A DNA stretch of 64,000 nucleotides from Zygnema circumcarinatum SAG 698-1b (GCA_037447605.1 CM074813.1:310001-374000); one strand, 5' to 3'; positions 13,794 through 31,014 are shown, counted from the first letter of the stretch. Made by a program: numbers and translations. The notes: generated by a model not told the origin, from the letters alone.

Positions 13794-15864
13794 CTACGCA
13801 TGTTTTGCCACAAATTTCTCAATCATTGGATTCACCAAATGAGGCGCCTCGTCCTGAGGGCAGTGGCCCACCCCGGGCAGCGAAACAAATTCTTCGACAG
13901 TCGTAAAATTTCCGTAAACTTTTCCGAGCTCGATTGGCTCCCACGGGTCCTCTTCCCCCCAACCGATCACAACGGGGCACTGCACAAGAGGAAGCATTTC
14001 CTCGGGAAGAGGCCCTCCGGAATAACATATGAAGTCGAGAAATACGTCAACTGCTCCGGGCTGCAAACCGGGCTCCAAAATGCAATTCACCAACTCGTCA
14101 GTCACTTGGGACTTGTCGTAATAACATTGTTGTAAAATCTGTTTTACGGATTTGGGGGTTGCAACGGACGCAAAGAACATCTGGCCAATGTTGGTGGTCC
14201 TCAGGGTGGTTTGGAGGGCCTTCACAAACGGCTTCAAAAACCATTGCTGCTTTTTTATATGTAATTGGCGAAGAGAGACGTTCAATAGCAGGAGACCTTG
14301 AACTTGAGAAGGGCAGTCGAGGGCCGCTTGGAGTCCAACAATCCCTTTGGAAAGAAAAAGGAAGGATGTCAGAGGACGTTTTGTTATACTTACCTTTTTG
14401 TTGGGTAGAATTCAACTCTCTGCAGTATAGTGCTTTGCGAAGTTCTGAAAAAGTGGGGCTCACCTCCGACTGAATTGCATATAATAAAGGGGGGTTCGCC
14501 AATGATTTCGGAGATAAAGGCCAGAGATTGGCGAGCCCATGTTTCGAATGTGTAGATGGTGTTGGGAGGGAGACCTCGCGGGTTCGGTTTGTCGGAATAT
14601 CCGTACCCCAAAAGGTCGATGGCATACACGCGATGTGATTGGCCGAGAATTGGCAGATTTTTACGCCAGTGATCGCTGGGATGGAAGAATGAAGGGGGCG
14701 AGAGGGAGAGGAGGCACGGGAGGGGGAGGGGATGGGGGGAGAGTGGAGAGGAGAGGAGAGGAGAGGCGAGGAAAGTGAGGAAAGAGGGAAGGGAAGAGAG
14801 TGGGAATGGGGTAGGACCGAGGTGGAAGAGGAGAGGAATAGTGAAAAGGAGAGGTGTGGGAGTTAAACAAAGGAGAGACCGGCGGAGTGATCGAAAGGGG
14901 GAATGTTATGTATGCGGTTGAGAAAGGTGGGAGAGAGCGATGCGAAGCAGGGCGAGAGAGAGTGAGAGGTGGGGAGCGGGGAGGTCATGAGGGTGAGACG
15001 AATGTGGGAGGGAGAACTTCAAGGTTACAATGAGAGTCAACAAAAATTGAGGCCCAGTTAACCACCAGTGCCTTCATCGCATATGGCACAAGCAAGACCT
15101 ATATTCTGATGAAAGTTTTAATAATAATTACCAATTGGCACCAAAGCCATGAATGAGAAGGAGTGCGGGTCCGGATGAGCCTGCTTGCTGGTAGCGGATG
15201 CTGTGCCCCTCCCATTTCCAGTTTCTGTGGAAAAAGAAGAAAGTGTGCGAAGAAAGCTTTAGTAGAAGATTTAAAACTGCCGAATTTCTCTCCCCATTTT
15301 TCAGTAAGTCTTCGCGGGATTAAATTTTTATAAAACTTAAGTGAAAGAAACCTTACAATAGATTATTTTGTGTCACTTTCGGTCACTGACTCAACTCGGT
15401 AAATCGAACAGATACTGATCCATTGACCCATCAATCCAGCTAAATGCATTCATAAATTTTAGTCGGCCGCATATTCGGAATTAAAAATATAACAAAAAAC
15501 AGCATGGAAAAATAAGATCGAAATTTAAGCCTCATTAAAAAATTGAATCACTTTTAAATTTAACATGGGGGGTTGGTGGGCCCCACCTGGTCAATACTTC
15601 CACCGGATGAAGCGCCTCCTCGAAGACAGGTGTCCCTCCCACAGCTCTGCCCGCCAGCGCGGCATCGCCTATGGCCGCCACGTCAGCAGTAGGAGGCTCC
15701 GCTGGCTGGGCAAGCGCCCTGACACGTGGCAATGCACGAAGCCGCTGTGTGGAGTGCCAGCTGGAGGCACGAGATTGGAGGAGGAGAGGGCGGGAGGACT
15801 TCAGGAAAAGAGAGGGAGAGGTGGATGGGGCGAAAGAGAAGAGGGAGGCCGAGCACGCAGCCAT
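13794..15864 (-). CDS. plastid-targeted alpha/beta hydrolase, pheophytinase-like clade
   Basis: Ser-rich transit peptide, then WKWEGHSIRYQ..ALLLIHGFGAN/DHWRKNLP..VYAIDLLGYGYSDKP..ICNSVGG/..GGPLPEE..WGEEDPWEP..VGHCPQDEAPHLVNP. The nucleophile elbow and catalytic Asp/His motifs are present. Confidence 0.92.
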
Positions 15865-17486
15865 GGCCGCGTGCGATGAAAAGAGGGAAGGAGGGAGAGA
15901 GAGAGCCAGTGGGAGAGAGTTCGGAAACGAGGGAGGGATGACGAGGAGCGAGGATTTGACGGTGAAAAAAGGCTAGTAGGATGGCAATCGTGTGGGAAGT
16001 GAGAGCTTGGGAGTGGTAGCGAGTCAGGGAGAGGGAGAGGGAGGGAGGGAGAGGGAGCGGGAGAGGAGCGACGTGGCGTGCGGAGGGCCGCAGGACACCC
16101 CGTTCCATGCCCCCAGTTCTACTGGTTCGACGTTTCTATGCCTCAGTTTGACGCGAATCTGCTTTGACATTCCATTTCTTTCGTTTTCAGAACATTGTTT
16201 GGAAAAACTGGCCACAGGGAAACTGCATAGAACTTCATGACTAACCGGTCGGCTGAGGCTACACTAGTTGTTGATCATGCAAGGGTTGCGCATGAAATGT
16301 GTGATAGGCCGGTGGCCCATCTTTCCCAACGGATGGATGGAAGTGACATTGGTCGCACGATGGCGATCCCATGCAATGTGTATAAACAACAACAACAAAA
16401 ACAACAGAACATGGAGAACCATGAGGAACCGCTCACAATTGACCTAGAAAATCAAAGTTCCACTATGAGCGAAACTTCGCTTCTAGGACCACCGACAACA
16501 ACAATACGGCTCTAGAAGCAGCCCCAAATGTGGTCATTTGCTACCGTTGATTGCCTACCCATGTTGGTCATTCCAAGCGTTGCCATGTTGCGATCAACAA
16601 ACACCGAACGTTTCTCGCCAACTGTTGGCTCTGCAAATCCGTACGGACACAGTCACTCAGATCGGGAACGACCGTACGGACGGAAGGCACGCGAGGGGCA
16701 ACTGCCCGACAGCTACCAGCCCAATATTTGACAGCTTACCGCGATATTTTCCGATATATTACTGTGAATACGACACCCAGCAATGATATCGCCTCGAACG
16801 ATAGGTCAACTTTAGCTACTCTCGCTCGAGTCTGCTCAGTTCTTTGTCGTGTAGCGCAGTTTATGATTATCTGGTGTGCCCCTTTCAGGCATGTCAGGGA
16901 TTTGCTCTTTTTGTTCGTACCGTTCAGGATTTGCATCGTCTGCACAAGATCGCGAATTTCTTAGGTGGACGATTCTATCGTATCCAAGATGGGATTCTTC
17001 TAGACATTCAGCAAATTATAGCCGCCACGTGACCCTATAAGTGGTCGATCCATGCATATTTCCAGAACGGGGAATCTACAAAGATTCTCCATACCCAATC
17101 CGATCTTCACGATTCTTAAAGGATCCGGATCCATGCTCTAATTGTGCCGAATCTCGCGACCCGCCGAGCGGCAGATACGAAATCGAGGAATTGACCGGTT
17201 CGTACAGTGAGCGTGGGGCCCACCGAATCGTCATGTCAGTCCGTACAGTAGCTGTGACAGTTCCGTCGAACGTCCGCGCAAGCGGACGGACGTTACCGTA
17301 TGGTTGGCGGCTACAAAGGCGGCGGCGGCCGCCGGAGGCGGCACCGGCGGCGGAGTGGGAGTCGGCTGCCTCGTCAGTGGATTGAGGCTAAGGAACAGAG
17401 GGAGAGAGAGAGGGAGCGAGAGAGGGAGAGAGAGGGAGAGAGAGGGAGGGAGAGAGTGGGGGAGAGAGAGAGGGGTGGAGAGTTCT

Positions 17487-21594
<4,108 letters not shown>

Positions 21595-22169
21595 GCGCCT
21601 GCCTGCCTCGCTTGAGGACTGCTTTAGGAGCCCCAAATGCTTTTGTATATTGTTTATTTTTTGACTCTCGTATTTAAAAGTGTTTATAGGTACGCTCTGC
21701 ACGCGCCTGCAAATTTAGGAAAAAAAAATTATGGCCGTAAAGGTCAAGGTTGTCCATAAACGAACCCAAATTTTTAGAGCGTTTGGCTTCAGACCGAGCT
21801 AAGCCTTACTATCTTAAATTTGTGGGGTTTTCCAAATCGTGATTTATTTACTCGAACTTTGGCACGCTTTTCAGTTTTTTCTATTGGTCATTGTACCCGC
21901 GTCTAGGAATGTTTTAGATGGTTAACTGCCTAACTCACTGCCTAGGAGCTTTTCGTTAGTCATTCTCTGGGAGTCATCGTCATTAACCATAACCAAACTA
22001 CCACTACCCCCTACCCCTTACCCCCTACTCTTTTACCCCTACCCCCACCCCTACAGCTGCCCCTGCCCCTACACTTACCCCTACCCCTACCCCTATCCCT
22101 ACCCCTACCCTACCCCTAACCCTAGTCTTAATCTTAACCCTAACCCTTGTCTCGACCCTAAACCAGTCT

Positions 22170-22217
22170 TAACCCTAACCCTAACCCTAACCCTAACCCT
22201 AACCCTAACCCTAACCC
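22170..22217 (+). repeat. interstitial (TAACCC)8 telomere-type array, preceded by degenerate CCCCTA/CCCTAA units from ~22005
   Basis: Eight perfect TAACCC units read directly from the sequence. Confidence 0.9.
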
Positions 22218-22801
22218 TACTCAAGCCAGACTAGCCATCTGAATATCCGCGCAAGGTTCCATGAAGGGTTTTTAGGCCCACGATTCATCAGAGCAAATCG
22301 GCGCCGTGCAGGCCTATGGAGCTCTCTTTCTCCGCGAAGTTCCATAGGTACAGCCGTGGGCGCCACGTCCGCAAAACGTGGCCTGACGGAACCCCCGTCG
22401 CACACGACACTAAGGCCCGCGTTACATGAGACATTCTCTAAATGTCGCCACGTCGGATCAGCGTTTTGCATGTTACCTTGCAGGTTCCATGTAGAACTCG
22501 CGTATCCAATCGGCAAACGCCAAGTGGACGATTTGAAATATCCGACTAGACCCACAGCGTGGCGCGTTTGAAACTGTCCGATGCCCCCCGCCGTATCGCA
22601 GATTCTGATTTTTTCGAATCGAGATTCGTGAATCCGAAAAGATTTTATCGCAGCGAATCTGCGAAAGGCTGACAAAGCGACAAACAGGAAAACGGACAGC
22701 ACACGACGGCTCTAACCGCACAGGGGTGTGCGCGTACCGTCCCGCAGGCAGGGCAGCCTGAATTTCAGGCTGTAATGGAAAACAAGCTGTCCATGAGATT
22801 A

Positions 22802-22945
22802 GGGCGTGTCAGACTCTAAAAACGTTACTATCCTTGCTCGTAAATTTGACACCAAATCGCGATCGCGATCCTTCTGTGGCGGAGTACTAACGCAACCTTA
22901 TTTTCGTAACGCATTTCGTAAGATTTTGTTAAGTCTGACACCCTC
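22802..22945. mobile_element. MITE with imperfect GTGTCAGACT TIRs and TA flanks; same family as 25440-25596
   Basis: TA|GGGCGTGTCAGACT ... AGTCTGACACCCTC|TA; the internal sequence resembles the 25440 copy. Confidence 0.7.
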
Positions 22946-23348
22946 TACAACTAAACTTTTTCGTTAAGATGAAACCGTGCCCCTGTTCCTCCTCCTCACT
23001 ATCCGTCACTCCCCTCGAGGAATTCGATTGATTGCATCGATTAAAGCAGACACATCAAAACCACATACTACTCAGCACACAGATACCTTGATGTATGAAA
23101 ACAACACCCCATCACACGAGATTTAAAAAAACAATTCATCGAAACTCCGATCAGGTAGATTAGTGAAACATGTGTCGATATCGATTATGGCTTTTCCAGT
23201 TCTAAAAGTACATCAAAACTGCGGAAAACAATGCCGCTACAGCCTGTCTTCTCAAAAAAACTCACGACCCCACCCCTCCCCTAACCTACCTCCCTTCCCA
23301 CTCTGCAAAATTGGTAGTTACATACGCTGTTCTAAATGACAGATGAAC

Positions 23349-24472
23349 TTAGTTCTTGATGTAGTTTCCGTACTTGATGCCCTGATCCCTGTACTTCTGG
23401 GGAAGAGGGTCAAAGTAGAACTTGCCAGCCAATCCTTGGACGGACGACCCCATGGTGTAGATGATCCACGTCTTCACAATGTAGCTAACAGATGCGCTTC
23501 CGTACGAAATGCGGCAGAATTCGAACGGGAGAGCGGCAATGGGGTAGGTGGAGGGGCCGGGCCTGTTGAGGAGGGAGAGGCCGGCGAACACGGTGCTGGC
23601 GTAGTCCGGAGGAGTGGTCGGGAGCGACGCGGAGAGGTCCGCTCCGCTCGCCGCATAAATGTAGTTCCCTGCGGGGTTCTTGATGCCGGCGGCCGGGACG
23701 GCCTCGACGGTGCAGATGCCGGTCTGGACGTACCCGATCCGGTTCACGTCCGCCTTGAGCGCCGCGATGATGCCCGCCGACCCCGAGGCGTACACGATGA
23801 ACGGAGAGACGCCGGCGATGCCCTTCCACGTGTTGGTGCCGGTGGCTGCGGTGGGCCACGCGGTGTTCTGCGTCTTGATCCACTTCCCGATCACTTCGGT
23901 CGACCCGGAGGAGTCGGACCGCGCCACAGGCGTCACTTGGCCGTAGAGGCCGGTCTTGATGGTGGACCAGTACACGCGCGTCTTTGCTACGTAAATTTTG
24001 TAAACCTGGGCGCCGGTGAGTTTCACAGAGGCCTTCTTCGTGCAAAACGAGTAGGTCGCGATGGAGAAGGGGATGGTGAACTTCTTCGTGCCTCCCGCGG
24101 CGGCGTCCTGTGAGGAGGGGATGGCGACGTCGGAGTACGCCACCTGGTAGGTCTTGCTGATGAAGTTCGAGATTCCCGCGCCGGAACCCACGGACTTGTA
24201 CGTGCCATAGTTGGCGCGGTTGGGGGCGTTGAGAATGGCTTGGGCGACGTACTGCCAGAGAGAAACAGCCTGTGTGAGCTGCATGAAAGACTCAAAGCTG
24301 AAACACTTTCCAACAACAGACTGCGACGCATTCAGAAGGACAGCAGGGAGGGAGGTCGGGTCGTTACCGGCGCCACGGAGGTGGCTCCGCCAATCACAAT
24401 CGCCGACTGCGCGGCACCGGCTGAGAGAAGGACGAGAGCGGCGATGAGAGCGGCGATGAGAGCGGCGGCCAT
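23349..24472 (-). CDS. pstS: secreted PstS/DING-superfamily phosphate-binding protein, copy 1 (exons 24472-24368 and 24251-23349; 335 aa)
   Basis: Signal peptide MAAALIAALIAALVLLSAGAAQSA, then IVIGGATSVAP|YVAQ..YKSVGSGAG..AYSD..VARSDSSGSTE..ASGSAGIIAAL..RIGYV..KNPAGNY..TYPI..FDPLP. The phase-0 GT-AG intron is in frame (exon lengths 105 and 903 nt). Confidence 0.9.
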
Positions 24473-24620
24473 GGCTGGGGAGCCGGGAGGGAGAAGGGGA
24501 TCACTTGGAAGAGTGGGGCGGGAGGAGAAGTAGGCTGTCGGCTGTGAGGGAGGACGCGCGGGCTTATTTTATAGTCTGCGCTGCGCCAGTGCCGCGTACT
24601 TCGCCCGCGGGTCGTGCTGA

Positions 24621-24630
24621 GCCACGTGGC
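24621..24630. promoter_or_regulatory. palindromic G-box GCCACGTGGC upstream of the TATA box of PstS copy 1 (same motif at 29576-29585 for copy 2)
   Basis: Perfect palindrome about 150 bp upstream of the ATG in both copies; TATAAA lies between it and the ATG on the minus strand. Confidence 0.5.
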
Positions 24631-25221
24631 AGCCTGGTATTGGTTAGTGAATGTGACGTCAGCAGGCAGTTTGCAAGTGGCTCTCAATACCGTACCAACT
24701 CATCGCAACGGATAGCGTGTCTCCATGAGAGAACGGAGCCCGAATTGAAAATTGGTGCAGACGTGGCCATTCGCCATTAGCTGATGTTCGATTGTTTCTC
24801 GCAACTGAGCGTAGCCAGACCGCTTTCCGATGTGCAATCTTGATTTGCTCGCTACGAATTACTTCGGTTTGAAACTGTTCTGCGTCAGAATGCGTAGCGA
24901 GCAAATTCGGATTCCATTCCAGGAAGCCAAAGTCTTCCCAAAACCCCTCCCGGTGTATGAGCCAATCCGATTGTGCGACGTCAGTAGTGTACCAAATCGT
25001 TGAAAGATTGGCTTTGTCCTGGATTCGAGCATTCTACGATGAAGTTTCCGCCTATTTGTCGTCTTTTTAACGGATGTGCCACGCGTCGCCATCCGGTTGG
25101 CGGAAGGACATTGTGACGTGGTTGCGCACTACCCGGCCAGCATCCGGCACGTGGCGACTCGTTGGAGGATTGGCGCCGTATGGGTGGCCTTACTAATACG
25201 ACAAGAAAAGGAGTCCCCAGC

Positions 25222-25229
25222 GAATATTC
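25222..25229. promoter_or_regulatory. P1BS-type motif GAATATTC (GNATATNC) in PstS spacer 1
   Basis: Lies in the block GAATATTCCAAGATGCTGTC, which is identical in all three spacers. Confidence 0.5.
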
Positions 25230-25439
25230 CAAGATGCTGTCGGCGCAACATAACGACAAAACAGAGTCCGACGTGGTGAACAATGCGAAAGTAGGGCTTG
25301 GAGGGAACGCAGAAATTAGAAATGAGTCGTTTTTGGGAGAGGCGAGGTTTGGACTGCGGCATTGTAAAATTACACAAACATTGAACGTAGTTCGGCGAAT
25401 TTAAAAATTGAAAAAAAAAGAAAACAATTCCTTAGAATA

Positions 25440-25596
25440 GGGGGTGTCAGACTTAAAAAATTTCAGTACGCGTGTTCGTAAGTTTGACATCAGAACGAGT
25501 ACTCCAGTATAATCGCGATCCTCCTGCGGCGGAGTACTTTCGTAACCTTTTTTTTCGTAACGCTTTTCGTAAGATTTTGTTAAGTCTGACACCCCC
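25440..25596. mobile_element. Tc1/mariner-type MITE, 17-bp perfect TIR, TA target-site duplication
   Basis: TA|GGGGGTGTCAGACTTAA ... TTAAGTCTGACACCCCC|TA; absent from the paralogous spacer position near 30385. Confidence 0.85.
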
Positions 25597-26243
25597 TAAT
25601 GGGCCGAATGAAAGTCACATATGGAACTTGCACACAGCCGGAAGGATTAATTTTTTTACTTGAAACTCCTGAAAAAGTTGTAAAAGCAAAACAGTAAATT
25701 CCAATGCCAGGATTACGCCAGAAAGTAAATCTCGAAACCAAGACGTCCACCGACGAATTGTATTCCTGTAATAGAAACTGGAAGTACTAATTTTAAAACG
25801 TAAACCTAAAAAAATGCTTCGCACGAGTGTCCACCACAAAGGTCAACAAGTTTCAACGTTACCTTTCCCAAAGCCCAACAAACTCTTTTGTCGTCTTTCG
25901 CCCCGACAAAAGTCCCCCGCAGGTCCCACATGACGCTTCTAAAGAAGCCAAACCGCGAGTGCGACAAGGGACCAACGACGGTTCACCGCCCGCAAGGGTT
26001 TTGTCGTAAGAGTAGGAACGCATCTTCCGGAGATGCGATTCCGGCAATTAGCGGCATCTCACCGACAATTTATGCCACGTCGGCGGCGGCTTGTCGGCGG
26101 GGACGGCGGCGCCGCCAGGCGGCAAGCAGCCTGTGAAGGGGCCAGTGTGCCCTCAAGACTGGCAGCCGCCAGCCTACGCCTCCTCTCATCCTCTCGCCTC
26201 TCTCTCTCTCTCTCAGCCCCTTCTCCTCCCCCGCACTCCAGCC

Positions 26244-26275
26244 ATGGCCGCAGTTCTCGTATCCGCTCTCGTCCT
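26244..26275 (+). pseudogene. 5' relic of a PstS-like gene (promoter plus MAAVLVSALVL), head-to-head with copy 1
   Basis: CTCCAGCC-ATG GCC GCA GTT CTC GTA TCC GCT CTC GTC CT and the upstream 26040-26243 match the promoter and 5' end of copy 3; homology then stops. Confidence 0.7.
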
Positions 26276-26337
26276 ACACTTAGTGGGGGGGGGTCACACA
26301 TTGACCATCGCCGTACTAAATTCCAGAATTTAGTATA

Positions 26338-26811
26338 CAGTACCCCCCTAAATGTTTTCGCCATGGTTTCGGCAAATATTGGGCGAAAATCTTGGAATTT
26401 GAAAATATAAGGAAGTCCGTGTTAAAAATAGGCAGGCGGTCTTATGTTAGAGTCCCGCCTTCGGCCGTACTGTTTCTCTCTGTACAGAGGCGCATGGCTG
26501 CCTGGGGCCTGTCGCGAGCTCCTATTGGTGCCGAAAATTTAACTACACGAGCTCCTATTGGTGCCAAACATATACCGCACCATTCGGAGATCTTCTGCGT
26601 ACTATCCAAACAGCGGAATAGCGTGACCCATGTTTGAAATTCATTTCGATTAACAGATTTTTTATTGAAAAATAAGTCAGGTTAGGTTAACACCCCTGAT
26701 ACATAAACACAGACTTCCCGTACTAAAAGTGGTTTCCTCAAAGTCAGGGCGAATTTCTTGGGTAACGAAACTCGGGTACTCGGGTGGAAAATATTATAAG
26801 GGGGGGTACTG
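26338..26811. mobile_element. non-autonomous Tc1/mariner (CAGT-terminal) element with TA TSD
   Basis: TA|CAGTACCCCCCT ... AGGGGGGGTACTG|TA. Confidence 0.75.
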
Positions 26812-28313
26812 TACCAAGGATTGAATGTACGCGTAAATGGATGTATTCAACGGAAGTCGTCTCCGTCCGCCTACACTGCGTGACACGTGTCCCGATGAGA
26901 TCTGAGATCTTCCCAGACACATCAGCAAACTGTGTCGTTTGCTGTGGCGTCCTGACTGACCGGCGAACCATGCACATGCTAATTTCGCTGTCACTGGTAA
27001 ATTTCTCCATAGAAACGAGAAATTAATTGGCTCTCGAACTGCGTTGAAAATCAGTCAAATCCGTGAAATCAGGACCGCACCCAATCTGGATCGATTCCAA
27101 AATCTGAAATTCGATTCTGATTGGACGGCCAGGATGCGCCACGTCAGCGAGTCATCGCCCAATCCACCGTTTCTTGGCCCTGGCGGGACCGACGGCGCAG
27201 AACTGCGTCGGTTACGGTCCGTCCGACCGACGGGCACGTCGGTCGCCTGGGCAGCGATCGTACACTGAACGGACGGACGAGATTCATTCAAATTTCAAAA
27301 ATTGGTCGACGTTAGTCCGCGTGTGAGAGCTTGCGAGCACACTGAGGACCGCTAATCGCACCGATCAATGTTGTTGCCTAGCAGTGGTTTTTCATGTCCA
27401 CCTGCTGCCGTCCATAAGAGATGGCACGCATCTTTGCTACCATGTCAACTCTCGTCCTCTGCTTCAGATGTTAATTCTTCTACTTGTAAAAAGTGCATAG
27501 TCAGAGAATGGGTTTGTCGGATTTGTTTGTGATCATGGATGCTCCGCTAGGCTCCTGATATCAGCTATCGTATTCAACCGTTGGCACACATGCCAACAGT
27601 TGAGGGGAAGTGGAGGGCCGGCTACTTCCACCATGCTAAGACGACGTCCATTCTTTCACACAAGGCGGGCTGCGGTGCAGCGCGCCCGCAAGGTGAATGG
27701 CGAGAGGAAGACGGCCAGTGGACGCCGCCGGGGGGCTCTCGCCAAGCACTTCAAAATAAAGCTCAAATGCCATTGTTGAAAAATAAACGATTGAGCAGGC
27801 TGGTAAAGTGCTGCAATCACCTTACAATCACTTAGCTATTGAATATATTGTAAGAAAAGCAGTCATTAACTTCCAAGGGACTGTCAATACACCTCCAAAG
27901 TGTACAAGTCATTTCAGAGTGACTCCCCGATTCAAATGACACGTGTATGAAGATAAACTTGACAAAGAATATTCGTGGAAGTAAATGCAGAGAAAACCTG
28001 CCTTCCAGTTTCAATTTCAATTGATGACCAGCTTCTCATCCTCCAGTTGAGGGGAGTAAGGACGCATTGACAAGAGCAGACACAGTCAAGACACACGACC
28101 TTATCATATCAAAACTCCAATCAGGTAAATGAGCATGTCTCGATCCATTTATTTACGTCTACAATTACATCAAAACTGCGGAAAAAAACGCCGCTATAGC
28201 GTATCTTTTTCTCCAGAAAAATCACGACCCCACCCCTCCCCTAACCTACTACCTCCCTGCCCATTCTGCAAAATTGGTAGTTCCATACGCTGCCCTACAT
28301 AACAGAGTGAAAC

Positions 28314-29427
28314 CTAGTTCTTGATGTAGTTTCCGTACTTGATGCCCTGATCCCTGTACTTCTGGGGAAGAGGGTCAAAGTAGAACTTGCCAGCCAATCC
28401 TTGGACGGACGACCCCATGGTGTAGATGATCCACGTCTTCACAATGTAGCTAACAGATGCGCTTCCGTACGAAATGCGGCAGAATTCGAACGGGAGAGCG
28501 GCAATGGGGTAGGTGGAGGGGCCGGGCCTGTTGAGGAGGGAGAGGCCGGCGAACACGGTGCTGGCGTAGTCCGGAGGAGTGGTCGGGAGCGACGCGGAGA
28601 GGTCCGCTCCGCTCGCCGCATAAATGTAGTTCCCTGCGGGGTTCTTGATGCCGGCGGCCGGGACGGCCTCGACGGTGCAGATGCCGGTCTGGACGTACCC
28701 GATCCGGTTCACGTCCGCCTTGAGCGCCGCGATGATGCCCGCCGACCCCGAGGCGTACACGATGAACGGAGAGACGCCGGCGATGCCCTTCCACGTGTTG
28801 GTGCCGGTGGCTGCGGTGGGCCACGCGGTGTTCTGCGTCTTGATCCACTTCCCGATCACTTCGGTCGACCCGGAGGAGTCGGACCGCGCCACAGGCGTCA
28901 CTTGGCCGTAGAGGCCGGTCTTGATGGTGGACCAGTACACGCGCGTCTTTGCTACGTAAATTTTGTAAACCTGGGCGCCGGTGAGTTTCACAGAGGCCTT
29001 CTTCGTGCAAAACGAGTAGGTCGCGATGGAGAAGGGGATGGTGAACTTCTTCGTGCCTCCCGCGGCGGCGTCCTGTGAGGAGGGGATGGCGACGTCGGAG
29101 TACGCCACCTGGTAGGTCTTGCTGATGAAGTTCGAGATTCCCGCGCCGGAACCCACGGACTTGTACGTGCCATAGTTGGCGCGGTTGGGGGCGTTGAGAA
29201 TGGCTTGGGCGACGTACTGCCAGAGAGACACAGAGCCTGTGTGAGCTGCATGAAAGACTCAAAGCTGAAACACTTTCCAACAACAGACTGCGACGTATTC
29301 AGAAGGACAGCAGGGAGGGAGGTCGGGTCGTTACCGGCGCCACGGAGGTGGCTCCGCCAATCACAATCGCCGCCTGCGCTGCACCCGCTGAGAGAAGGAC
29401 GAGAGCGGCGATGAGAGCGGCGGCCAT
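28314..29427 (-). CDS. pstS: secreted PstS/DING-superfamily phosphate-binding protein, copy 2 (exons 29427-29335 and 29216-28314; 331 aa)
   Basis: The exon 2 protein is identical to copy 1, the intron position is the same, and the signal peptide is MAAALIAALVLLSAGAAQAA. Confidence 0.9.
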
Positions 29428-30180
29428 GACTAGAGAGCTATGGGTGAGAAGGGAAGAGCTTTGAGGTGTGGGGCAGGAGGAGAAGGAGGCTGGTGGCTGT
29501 GAATGTGATGGCGCGCGGGCTCCTTTATAGTCTGCCGGCGCCAGTGCCGCGTACTTTGCCCGCGGGTCCTTCTGAGCCACGTGGCAACCTGTTATTGGCT
29601 TGGGAAAATGACGTCAGCATATAGTTTGCAAGTGGCTCGCAATGCCGTACGAACTCATCGGAACGGGTAGCGTGTCTCCATGCGAGAACGGAGCCCAAAT
29701 CGGAGACGTGGCCAATCGCCATTAGCTGATGGTTGATTGTTGTATCGCAAATGAGAGTAGCCAGACCGCTTTCGATGTGCAATCTTGATTTGCTCGCTAC
29801 GGATTACTTCGGTTTGAAACTTTTCTGGGTGAGAATTCGTAGCGAGCAAATTCGAATTCCGTACCGAGCAGCCAAAGTCTGTCCACACCTCGAGCCAAAG
29901 TTTTTATCATTCGGTGTTTGAACCAATCCGATTGTGCCACGTCATTAATATCAAATCGTTGAAGGATTAGCTTTGTCCTGGATTCGAGCATCCTTCGATG
30001 AAGTTCCCTTCTGTTTGTCGGCCTGTTAACGGATGTGCCACGCGCTCACATCCGGTTGGCTGCGGGCCGTCGTGACGTGGTTGCGCACTACTCCGCCAGC
30101 AGCCGGCACGTGGCGGCTCGTTGGAGCATTGGCGCCGTAGGGATGGCCGTACTAATGAGACAAGGAAAGGAGTCCCCAGG

Positions 30181-30188
30181 GAATATTC
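30181..30188. promoter_or_regulatory. P1BS-type motif GAATATTC in PstS spacer 2
   Basis: Same conserved block as 25222. Confidence 0.5.
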
Positions 30189-31014
30189 CAAGATGCTGTC
30201 GGCGCCTAATAGCGACAAAACAGAGTCCGACGTGGCGAAAAGTGTGAAAGTAGGGCTTGGAGGGAACGAAGAAATTTGAAAAGCGTCGTTTGTGGGGGAG
30301 GCAAGGTTGGACTGCGGGATTTCTAAATTACACAAAAATTGATCGTCTTGAGATGAATAAAAAATCCTTAAAAAAAGAAAACAATTACCGAAAATTTGCC
30401 TCATGGAAGTCACATATGTTACTTGCAGTCAACCGGAAAGACTAAATTTTTTATTTGAAGCACAAAAGTTGAAAAAAGTTTTGTAGGCTAAACACCAAAT
30501 TTCAATGCCTGGTCAGGTCAGAAAGTAAAACTCGAAACTAGTACGTCCTCCGACGAATTAAGATTCCAAAAGGACAGAAAATAAGTACTGATTTCAAATC
30601 GAATACGTCGGAAATGGTCAAAGCTTTGCACGAGCGTCAACGTCACTTTTCCCGTCGCCCAACAAACTCGTTTGTCGTCTTTTACCACCAACAGAAGTCT
30701 TCCACAGGTCCCAAATGACGCATTCAAAGAGTCCAAACCACCAGTGCGACAATGGACCAACAACAGTCCTTAACCGCCTGCTGCGTTTTGTCGTAAGCGT
30801 AAGACCGCATCTTTATGAGATGCCATTCCTGCCAACCGCGGCATCTCACCGACAATCTGTGTCACGTAGGCGGCGGCTTGTCCGCGGGGACGGCGGCGCC
30901 GCCAGGCGGCGAGCAGCCTAGAAGGGGCCAGCGCGCCCTCAGGACTGGCAGTAGCCAGGCTCCGCCTCCTCTCCGTAGGGTCTTCCCCTTCTCCTCTTCC
31001 CCCGCTCTCCAGCC

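Noticed and set aside
16200-17300. Possible gene or TE between the hydrolase and stalk gene A
   Set aside because: Only short ORFs without recognisable motifs, and no TIR, LTR or TSD that I could verify.
22005-22220. True chromosome end
   Set aside because: The array is short, internal, flanked on both sides by unique sequence, and has reversed degeneracy polarity.
23343-24113. Long antisense or alternative-frame ORFs over PstS (also 28401-29078, 28450-29283, 40130-40807, 40195-40833)
   Set aside because: Shadow ORFs expected from GC-rich codon usage; no recognisable motifs.
24252-24284. Upstream acceptor or ATG (MQLTQAVSLWQ..) as the PstS start
   Set aside because: This segment differs by a 2-nt indel between copies 1 and 2, so only the CAG immediately before TAC GTC keeps all copies in frame with the signal-peptide exon.
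27967-27974. Additional GAATATTC downstream of PstS copy 2
   Set aside because: Not conserved in the paralogous flanks near 36540 and 41265; consistent with chance.
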